Positions 14,771-21,210 of a stretch of DNA of 21,210 nucleotides are shown piece after piece (within the stretch, counting starts at the first letter, position 1; each line of letters starts with the position of its first letter). Below the pieces are notes generated by a model. The model was not told the origin of the DNA. It made no database searches and saw nothing but the letters and a program-made list of their open reading frames with translations. Both the position numbers and the translations under genes were made by a program. This DNA comes from an uncultured bacterium. GTDB taxonomy: Bacteria > SAR324 > NAC60-12. Location: assembly GCA_965662845.1 (NCBI GenBank), contig CBFIJD010000012.1, positions 27,183 to 48,392 of the forward strand, given 5' to 3'.

Positions 14771-16381
14771 ATGACGCAGGAACCTGCCCCCGCAAAGGTC
14801 CCCATGTTGGAGTCTCCGCCCGAGACCTGTAACGTCCTAATTGTAGATGACGACCGCGTCATGGCGAAGCTGCTGCAACGCGTACTCCAGTCCATTGGTG
14901 TGGAAGCAAATTACCTCACACAATCTAAAGACGTCTCTGCTTATTTAGCAGTCCACTCGGTGGATGTGATTCTCGCAGATATGCACATGCCGGAGATGAG
15001 CGGGCTAGAGCTGCTACGACAAGTACGGAGTCAGCAAAGCACAGCGCACTTGCCCTTCATTGTGGTCACGAGCGATGACAACAGGGAAGTTTTGCGCCAA
15101 TGCTTTGCCGAAGGCGTCTCAGATTTTGTGCGCAAACCCTTTGACCCCGTCATTCTGCAGGCACGCCTGATGTCGGTGTGGGAACGAAGCAAAGCCGAAC
15201 GCGCGCTGCACGAACACCAGTCGCTGTTGGAACAAAAAGTTCAGAAGGCGACCGCAGAGCTGCAGGAGCGCAATGCCCAGTTGGTCCAAGAAGTTGAGCA
15301 TCGCAAACAAACGGAGACCGAGTTGCGTGAGAACCAAGAGACGCTTCAACTAGCGGCAGAGGTCGGGAAGATTGGCGTCTGGCGTTGGGATATAGCCGAG
15401 AAAAAATCACGTTGGAACGAGCGCATGCTTCAGCTCCATGCCGTTGATCAGGCGCTCCTGCCGAGTGAAGTCTTCGCGATGATTCCAGATGCGCATCGCA
15501 GTTTTGTGGCGCGGCGGTTCCAAGAACTGCAAGACAAGGGAGAACTGCCGTTGACAGAGTATCCCATCGAAACAGAGCTAGGGCTGCGCTGGGCGCAATC
15601 CGTGGGGAAACGCTTTGGAACAGAGCGCGCTTATGCGGTGGGAATCAGCGTTGATGTCACAGAACGCAAAGAGCGCGAAGTTTTGCTGGCAGAAGCCGAT
15701 CGGTTCTCGACGCTCTCCAACGTCGCGGGAGGGATTGCGCACGAGCTGCGGAACCCGCTGAATGTGATTTATATGCAGGCCGAGCTGATCGAAGAAATGC
15801 TTGAGCCCGAACACTACGCCGTCGTCGAAGAGCTGGTCGATGTGATTCGCAGTCAGGTGGAGCGCTGCGGTTCCATCGTGCGCAACTTGACGACGTTCAG
15901 CCGCCGCACAGACTCCAGTGAGCGCATCCAAGCGGTGACCCGCGATTTGATTGAAGGCTCTGTGCTGCTGGTGAAATACGATTACCGCAAAGCAAAGGTT
16001 GAGTTGGATGTGCAAATGGAAGACGCGACGCGAATGCTGTTGTGCAACCCGATCCAAATTCAGCAAATTCTTGTGAACCTTTTGAACAATGCGTTGCAAG
16101 CGACACAGGGGCGCCCTGAGCCTCAGGTACAACTCGTATGCTCTTGGGAAGCGAATCACTGGGTCACGGTTGTGAGAGACAACGGAAAAGGAATCAAACC
16201 GGAGGACTTGAAGCGCATTTTTGAGCCGCTGTTCACGACAAAACCGATCGGCGAAGGAACGGGGCTAGGGCTGTCGGTGAGTTACAACTTCGTGAAGGAA
16301 CATCAGGGAACTCTGGAGGTGGAGAGCGAGGTGGGCGTTGGGACGACCTTTCGCTTGCAGATTCCTGTAGAGAATAAATAA
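14771..16381 (+). CDS. Hybrid sensor histidine kinase (N-terminal REC, coiled coil, PAS-like, HisKA, HATPase)
   Basis: VLIVDDD, DVILADMHMP, KPF; GVWRWD...WN (PAS-like); H-box AHELRNPL, N-box NLLNNA, DNGKGI, FEPLFTTK, GTGLGL. No TM segment. Confidence 0.95.
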   Translation: MTQEPAPAKVPMLESPPETCNVLIVDDDRVMAKLLQRVLQSIGVEANYLTQSKDVSAYLAVHSVDVILADMHMPEMSGLELLRQVRSQQSTAHLPFIVVTSDDNREVLRQCFAEGVSDFVRKPFDPVILQARLMSVWERSKAERALHEHQSLLEQKVQKATAELQERNAQLVQEVEHRKQTETELRENQETLQLAAEVGKIGVWRWDIAEKKSRWNERMLQLHAVDQALLPSEVFAMIPDAHRSFVARRFQELQDKGELPLTEYPIETELGLRWAQSVGKRFGTERAYAVGISVDVTERKEREVLLAEADRFSTLSNVAGGIAHELRNPLNVIYMQAELIEEMLEPEHYAVVEELVDVIRSQVERCGSIVRNLTTFSRRTDSSERIQAVTRDLIEGSVLLVKYDYRKAKVELDVQMEDATRMLLCNPIQIQQILVNLLNNALQATQGRPEPQVQLVCSWEANHWVTVVRDNGKGIKPEDLKRIFEPLFTTKPIGEGTGLGLSVSYNFVKEHQGTLEVESEVGVGTTFRLQIPVENK

Positions 16382-16477
16382 AGACTTGCCTCATCTAGTA
16401 GATTCATATATTTTGGATGGTTATTTTTCTTGTCACTCCTTGAGTGGGAATGTTCACGCCCAATTGAGACGGCTGGT

Positions 16478-16786
16478 ATGACGTATGTGGTAACGGCGCA
16501 CTGCAATGGATGCAAATACACCGATTGTGTAGAGGTTTGCCCGGTAGAGGCGTTTCACGAAGGCCCCGAAATGGTCTACATCAACCCCGAATCCTGCATT
16601 GACTGCAACGCCTGCGTCGAAGAGTGCCCCGTAGAGGCCATCTATGCGGATGTGGATGTGCCTGAGAAGTGGAAAGCATACACAGAGCTCAACGCAGAGA
16701 AGAGCCAAGAGTTGCCTGTGATCTCCGAGAAGACAGATCCACTGCCCACGGCGCGCACTCTGGAAGAGATTCAAGCTGCAGGATAA
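16478..16786 (+). CDS. fdxA: 7Fe (3Fe-4S/4Fe-4S) ferredoxin, FdxA/FdI type
   Basis: MTYVVT..C.GCKYTDCVEVCPV...INPESCIDCNACVEECPVEAI; start set at ATG 16478. Confidence 0.92.
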   Translation: MTYVVTAHCNGCKYTDCVEVCPVEAFHEGPEMVYINPESCIDCNACVEECPVEAIYADVDVPEKWKAYTELNAEKSQELPVISEKTDPLPTARTLEEIQAAG

Positions 16787-16790
16787 AGCC

Positions 16791-17324
16791 TTGAGCACGA
16801 CCTGCCGAGTCTCCGAGCTGTCAGAACATCAAGTTTGGTCACGAAAAGACACACTGCAACTGGAGCAATTAGAGCGGTTGCGTGAAGAACTCTCAGCAGA
16901 CGAACACCCGCCCCCCGTGAACTTCGAGATTGAACTTCAACGCACAGAAAGAACGGTCTGGGCTAAAGGAAAAATCCAAGGCGTTCTGCCTCTGCCCTGT
17001 GATCGCTGCTGCCAAACACTGAAGCTGGAATTTGAAGAAGACTTCTCGTTCCGCCTGATCCCTCAGGAAGCGCAAGATTCACTGCAAGCAGAAGTCATCT
17101 TAGAAGACGAGGATCTTGACGTCGATTTTTACGAACAAGACCAGATCAACTGGCAGGATCTCTTAGAAGATCAACTGCTATTAACTCTGCCACTACAAAA
17201 CTTCTGCGAAGATTACAGGCTGCCAGTCTGTGAACTTCCTGAAGACGAGAGCGCCGACAGCGAAGACGCTCCCGCGAACAATCCGTTTGCTGCGCTTCTC
17301 AAAACGAGCCAGCAATCCACCTAA
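16791..17324 (+). CDS. yceD: YceD/DUF177 family protein
   Basis: LPCDRC, EDQLLLTLP, C-terminal NPFAAL; canonical position upstream of rpmF; TTG start with AGGA SD. Confidence 0.88.
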   Translation: MSTTCRVSELSEHQVWSRKDTLQLEQLERLREELSADEHPPPVNFEIELQRTERTVWAKGKIQGVLPLPCDRCCQTLKLEFEEDFSFRLIPQEAQDSLQAEVILEDEDLDVDFYEQDQINWQDLLEDQLLLTLPLQNFCEDYRLPVCELPEDESADSEDAPANNPFAALLKTSQQST

Positions 17325-17351
17325 TTCACTGAGCACTGGAGTCATCAACCA

Positions 17352-17537
17352 ATGGCTGTTCCTAAGCATAAAACCTCCCGAAGTAAGCGCGACCACCGAC
17401 GTGGACATATCAAACTACAAATGCCAGCGCTCTCCACCTGCACCAACTGCGGCGAAATGATCCGCCCTCACCGTGTTTGCCCCGATTGTGGACACTACAA
17501 AGGTGTTCAGATTGTTGAAGTCAAGCAAAAGTACTGA
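17352..17537 (+). CDS. rpmF: 50S ribosomal protein L32 (Zn-ribbon type)
   Basis: MAVPKHKTSRSKRDHRR...CTNCG...PHRVCPDCGHY. Confidence 0.98.
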   Translation: MAVPKHKTSRSKRDHRRGHIKLQMPALSTCTNCGEMIRPHRVCPDCGHYKGVQIVEVKQKY

Positions 17538-17594
17538 AACTCTTCACCCCTTCACAATCACCCCGCTCCGAAAACTTAACCACTAGGAGAAATC

Positions 17595-18641
17595 ATGCCC
17601 GTTGCTGTTGACGCTATGGGAGGGGATTATCCGTTGACTGTGCAGCTCGAAGGCGCGGTCAACGCGGTGAACGATCTGGGAATTGAAGTTGTTCTCGTCG
17701 GGGACGAACCTCGCATTACAGAAGCTTTGTCTCAATGGAACTACGATGCGACAAAGCTGAAGATTGCCCACTGCGAGGAAGTAGTCGAGATGCATGAAGC
17801 CCCAGGGCTGGCGCTTCGGCAAAAGAAAAACTCCTCCATCCGTGTTGCGATTGACATGCACAAGCGCGGAGAAGTGGACGCAGTGGTGAGCGCCGGAAAT
17901 ACGGGCGCTGCCATGGCGACCGCTAAATTCGTGCTTAAGACTCTCCCCAAAGTAGATCGCCCTGCGATCGCTACCGTGATGCCAAGCCTCCGTAGCAAGC
18001 GCCCTTTTGTTTTGCTAGACGTGGGGGCGAACTCTGATTGCAAACCAGAGTACTTGCTCCAATTTGCGCTGATGGGCGGCGCTTACGCACAGACCATGTT
18101 GCAGGTGCAGAACCCTAGAGTCGCGCTGCTCAACAATGGTGAAGAAGAAGGGAAAGGAAACCATGTCATGCGCGAGACTTACAATCTCATGAAGCGCAGC
18201 ACACTGAATTTCTATGGCAATATTGAGGGCAAGCAGATGTATCGCGACGAGGCCGATGTCGTGGTGTGTGACGGCTTCCTCGGAAACATCACACTGAAAG
18301 TCGCAGAAGGTACTTTCGAATTTGTGAAGAGCGCTCTGAAACAGGAAATACAGGCTGCATCGTGGATCGCCAAGCTCGGCTATTTGCTGATGCGGGAACC
18401 GTTCAAAGCCCTGAAAGACCGCGCAGATTACACAGAGATTGGGGGTGCTCCACTCCTTGGAGTGCAAGGGAACGTGATTATCTGTCACGGCAACTCAAAG
18501 CCACATTCTATTCGAGCAGCCATCCGTCAGGCTCACGAATGCGCCAAGCTCAAACTAAACGCTAGGCTTGCCGCAAAAATTGACGAGAACCAAACGCTCT
18601 TCCTTGCAGAACAACCTCCCAAGTTAGCCGCTACGGGCTAA
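17595..18641 (+). CDS. plsX: Phosphate acyltransferase PlsX
   Basis: AVDAMGGD, SAGNTGA, RPAIA, LLDVGAN, GEEEGKG, VCDGFLGN, GGAPLLGV, HGNS; follows rpmF; AGGAG SD. Confidence 0.97.
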   Translation: MPVAVDAMGGDYPLTVQLEGAVNAVNDLGIEVVLVGDEPRITEALSQWNYDATKLKIAHCEEVVEMHEAPGLALRQKKNSSIRVAIDMHKRGEVDAVVSAGNTGAAMATAKFVLKTLPKVDRPAIATVMPSLRSKRPFVLLDVGANSDCKPEYLLQFALMGGAYAQTMLQVQNPRVALLNNGEEEGKGNHVMRETYNLMKRSTLNFYGNIEGKQMYRDEADVVVCDGFLGNITLKVAEGTFEFVKSALKQEIQAASWIAKLGYLLMREPFKALKDRADYTEIGGAPLLGVQGNVIICHGNSKPHSIRAAIRQAHECAKLKLNARLAAKIDENQTLFLAEQPPKLAATG

Positions 18642-18648
18642 CCCTCCC

Positions 18649-19026
18649 TCAGTTGCTGCGAAGTCTCTGTTCAATCGCTTCTCGGACAAACACTTCGCAC
18701 GCATCCCAGTGCATCGTCCCGCGTTTCAACTGTTCATATAAATTGAAGATAATCTGAAATTGTTCCAACGGCGGGAGCCCCTGCTCTTCCAAGTGGAGAG
18801 GGATCAGCTTGTGCTTCAATAAGTTGAGGGTGTAGACCGTCTCTTGAAAGGAATGGGGAGAGAGCAACTGGTCGTGGTAGTCGTGTACGAGGTAACAGAA
18901 CAGGAAAAATCCCTCGTCATCTAATTCATGAGCCCATTGCCAAGGCTCGCCTCGAAATTCTTCGTTTTCTTGAAAATCTTGGCGAGCTTGTTGGATTAGC
19001 CCAAAAAAATCCAAATCTTGTTGCAT
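18649..19026 (-). CDS. Hypothetical protein (125 aa, acidic, probably helical)
   Basis: Open frame 16 bp downstream of the nfuA-like gene on the same strand; no family recognised. Confidence 0.7.
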   Translation of the reverse strand: MQQDLDFFGLIQQARQDFQENEEFRGEPWQWAHELDDEGFFLFCYLVHDYHDQLLSPHSFQETVYTLNLLKHKLIPLHLEEQGLPPLEQFQIIFNLYEQLKRGTMHWDACEVFVREAIEQRLRSN

Positions 19027-19042
19027 TCCGCGTCTGCTTCCG

Positions 19043-19945
19043 TCAGCGATAGTAAGGATTCAGGCCGCTGTCGTGATCTGTTGCATCATGGATTGCTACT
19101 AAATCCGGAATGTTCTCTTTCATCATGACTTCGACGCCCTGTTTGAGCGTTACATCAACCATGCCGCATCCTTGACATCCGCCACCGAAACGCAAATAAA
19201 CGTTTCCTTCTTCGACTTTGCTGAGAGAAACCACCCCTCCGTGAGCAGCGACCATAGGGTTGACTTGTTCCTCTAGCACTTGCTGCACGCGCTCTTCCAA
19301 GGAGCCTTTGAGTTTCCCGATGCCGAGCCCATCGTTGACGATCTCCAACTCTCCTTCTTCCAATTGGATGGTTGTGCCCTCTAAAAAGGGAAGCAGGGCA
19401 AAGTCCATCCACACGATCAGGCCCTCTTTTGCAAATCTTTGCATCTGCTCCGTGTCTTCCTCTTGGACTGGGCGCAGAGTGTACAAGCCGCGGGTAGGCG
19501 TTTTCGGGTCAACGTGCAGCAGCCAACCGTCAGCGGCCTCGGCAGATCGGCTCTGGAGGTGAGAGAGCGCTTCAGCGGTGATCTCAAAGAATGTCTCATC
19601 AACTTGCTCGTATAGATCTAAGAAGCGATCCACGAAATAGAAGGTGTCAAAGCCGTTGTCGTACAGAATTTCGGCTGCCGTGAGTACCTCGCCTTGTCCT
19701 CCGCCGTACAACAGAATGTCCCCAGTGAAAGGCATCTGATAGATCGAACTCTCGAAGTGCTCGATAGGCAAATTGTGCGCTCCCGGCAAATGGGACATCT
19801 CGTAGTCTTCGGGAGAGCGTAAGTCAAAAATGTAAGCGCGCTTGGCTGTGCGGCGCTTGGCGAAAAAGTCCTTGACAGAGAGTCGGTAGGTCTCGGCATT
19901 AAAGATCTCTTCTTCTTTGCCGGACAAGTCTTTGAATTTGAACAT
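19043..19945 (-). CDS. Rhodanese-like domain fused to NfuA (degenerate A-type domain plus Nfu CxxC domain)
   Basis: N-term IFDLRSPEDY..SHLPGA.NLP (rhodanese-like); middle FEITAEA...FLEGTTI (A-type-like); C-term VNP.VAAHGG...FGGGCQGCGMVDVTLKQGVE...D.TDH..G.NPYY (NfuA). ATG at 19945 with AAGGAGG SD. Confidence 0.88.
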   Translation of the reverse strand: MFKFKDLSGKEEEIFNAETYRLSVKDFFAKRRTAKRAYIFDLRSPEDYEMSHLPGAHNLPIEHFESSIYQMPFTGDILLYGGGQGEVLTAAEILYDNGFDTFYFVDRFLDLYEQVDETFFEITAEALSHLQSRSAEAADGWLLHVDPKTPTRGLYTLRPVQEEDTEQMQRFAKEGLIVWMDFALLPFLEGTTIQLEEGELEIVNDGLGIGKLKGSLEERVQQVLEEQVNPMVAAHGGVVSLSKVEEGNVYLRFGGGCQGCGMVDVTLKQGVEVMMKENIPDLVAIHDATDHDSGLNPYYR

Positions 19946-19973
19946 ATGCCTCCTTAAAAATTGCATCGCTAAA

Positions 19974-20002
19974 ATCATATCGGAGGGATCCTAACGTGTC
20001 AA
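19974..20002 (-). promoter_or_regulatory. Near-consensus sigma70 promoter for the rhodanese-nfuA gene
   Basis: TTGACA (19997-20002), 17-nt spacer, TATGAT (19974-19979), with an AT-rich tract upstream. Confidence 0.8.
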
Positions 20003-20044
20003 TTTTGCTACAAATTCGCGTACAAAAAAAATTGCTAAAACTTC

Positions 20045-20073
20045 TTGCACACGCAAAGCGGAATAATTATTCT
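20045..20073 (+). promoter_or_regulatory. Probable sigma70 promoter for the small ORF
   Basis: TTGCAC (20045-20050), 17-nt spacer, TATTCT (20068-20073), preceded by A-tracts. Confidence 0.6.
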
Positions 20074-20114
20074 GATTTGTTTTTCTTTTCTAACCCCAAA
20101 CCATAGGAGGTCGT

Positions 20115-20279
20115 ATGGAAAGGAAGGCAAAAGTCGTTCTGAGTGGGGTGCCCCAGAGTCGCCACGAGTTGTTTCAGCAGCTGCGGCGCGAACGTCCCCG
20201 ACCTAAGCAAGCGCGTATGCTAGCGGAGTTGGAGGCGCTCAGAAAACGTCAACCTCTTCCACCAAAGGTCCATGACTGA
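20115..20279 (+). CDS. Small basic protein (54 aa), unannotated
   Basis: AGGAGG at 20105-20110, ATG 20115, MERKAKVVLSGVPQSRHELFQQLRRERPRPKQARMLAELEALRKRQPLPPKVHD, TGA 20277-20279; flanked by a promoter and a terminator. Confidence 0.75.
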   Translation: MERKAKVVLSGVPQSRHELFQQLRRERPRPKQARMLAELEALRKRQPLPPKVHD

Positions 20280-20291
20280 AAGTGACCATCG

Positions 20292-20332
20292 AGGCCGGTG
20301 ATGCGCACGTCGTGTCACCGGCCTTTTTTTTT
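20292..20332 (+). terminator. Rho-independent terminator
   Basis: AGGCCGGTGATGCG-CACGT-CGTGTCACCGGCCT stem-loop running into a T9 tract (20324-20332). It lies between the convergent small ORF and ydiJ, and the T tract is oriented for the + strand transcript. Confidence 0.88.
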
Positions 20333-20334
20333 GT

Positions 20335-21210
20335 TCAGGAGTTCACGGAAACGTTCGAGGTCATGGTCGCGGAAGAGCCACTGGCCGGCTCGGTCATTTC
20401 TTGTAGCAAGGCTTGCAGAGGATGCATCGGACGGAACCCATCGAAGCGCTGGACTTGAGAACGGCACGAGTAACCAGTCGCGAGAATGGTGGGGCGTTGC
20501 GCAAGGGCTTGCGGAAGACGCTTTCGCCAACTCATCTCATAAATCCCCCGAGACTCGGCATAGTGCTCAAGTTCATGCCCGTATGTCCCCGCCATTCCGC
20601 AGCAGCCCGTATTCTCCACAACCAAGGAGATCCCTAGCGCCGCAAAGACTTGCTGCCACTGCATCTGTGAAGCCAGGGCAAGCGTTTTTTCTGAACAATG
20701 CCCTAGCAAACGATAAGACCGCAGCGGCGTTGCCTGCCGAAATTGCTGAAGGTGAGGCTGTTGGGTCACTAACCACTCTTGAGGCATCCACACGTCGACG
20801 TCGAGTTTGGGGAGCCCCAGCGCTTTGGGATACTCGTCTCGATAAGTCAGCACCATGCTGGGCTCAATCCCGACTAAGGGCGCGCCATGCTGGGCCAGCT
20901 CTTGTAGCCACGTGACATTCTCTCGTGTGAGCCTTTCAAAGGTGTCTAGCATACCTTTGATGTGCAGCGGTTTGCCGTTGGGACGATAAGGAGCCACACA
21001 AACCCGATAGCCCCAGTGTTGCAGGAGCTGGACAAAGTGTGCGACGAGCGGTGCCTCATAAAAAGAAGTAAAAGCGTCTTGCAGGACAATTACCGTGCGC
21101 TGCTTTTCTTCTTGGCTGAGCTGAGACAACTCCTCAACACGGATCAGCCCAGGGAGTCCCGCAAGTTGTTGCCCCAAATTGGGGGCGCTCAACGCCGGAG
21201 CGTCGATCAA
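20335..21210 (-). CDS. ydiJ: FAD-linked/Fe-S oxidoreductase YdiJ (D-2-hydroxyglutarate dehydrogenase-like), C-terminal part only
   Basis: VLQDAFTSFYE, PNGKPLHIKG, VGIEPS..L.YRDEY, GHCSEKT, GCCGMAGTYGHE, ATGYSCRSQV, HPLQAL. The frame is open at the window edge, so the gene is 5'-truncated. Confidence 0.85.
   Translation of the reverse strand: MIDAPALSAPNLGQQLAGLPGLIRVEELSQLSQEEKQRTVIVLQDAFTSFYEAPLVAHFVQLLQHWGYRVCVAPYRPNGKPLHIKGMLDTFERLTRENVTWLQELAQHGAPLVGIEPSMVLTYRDEYPKALGLPKLDVDVWMPQEWLVTQQPHLQQFRQATPLRSYRLLGHCSEKTLALASQMQWQQVFAALGISLVVENTGCCGMAGTYGHELEHYAESRGIYEMSWRKRLPQALAQRPTILATGYSCRSQVQRFDGFRPMHPLQALLQEMTEPASGSSATMTSNVSVNS

Noticed and set aside
14428..14832. 134-aa + strand ORF spanning the ctaA/kinase intergenic region
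   Set aside because: It overlaps both flanking genes and has no SD or recognisable motif.
19961..20050. Repeated TTGC(T/A) motifs as sigma54 promoters
   Set aside because: No correctly spaced TGGC -24 element; sigma70 promoters on both strands explain the region.
20277..20337. UGA stops followed about 11-12 nt later by a hairpin on both strands (SECIS-like spacing), given selC in the window
   Set aside because: On + the UGA is followed by AAG TGA, so read-through gains almost nothing. On - the UGA lies after the complete YdiJ C-terminus, not at a Cys position. The hairpin is explained as a terminator.
20298..20915. 205-aa + strand ORF and the other long antisense ORFs across prpE, trkH, the MFS and the kinase
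   Set aside because: They are antisense shadows of well-supported genes; this one starts inside the terminator stem.

Overview
Bacterial chromosomal window of mostly housekeeping and metabolic genes. The left part is nearly all on the minus strand: a truncated Rpn/PD-(D/E)XK nuclease gene (absent from the ORF track), a HAD-IIA hydrolase, LysE and EamA transporters, propionyl-CoA synthetase, a tRNA-Sec (selC) with several helix defects, trkH, and a 925-aa unknown protein with several receiver-like segments. Next come a divergent P/A/Q-tailed hypothetical and a minus-strand ctaA-DUF420-YajR-like MFS-DA1-like Zn-finger cluster. The right part has a REC-PAS histidine kinase, fdxA-yceD-rpmF-plsX, a hypothetical, a rhodanese-NfuA fusion, a complete 54-aa small-protein transcription unit (also absent from the ORF track) and the 3' part of ydiJ. 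The most unusual items are the DA1-like protein with an apparently dead peptidase site, the selC with defective arms placed 29 nt before prpE, the multi-pseudo-receiver protein upstream of trkH, and the small basic protein. All family assignments come from motif recognition by eye, not from database searches.
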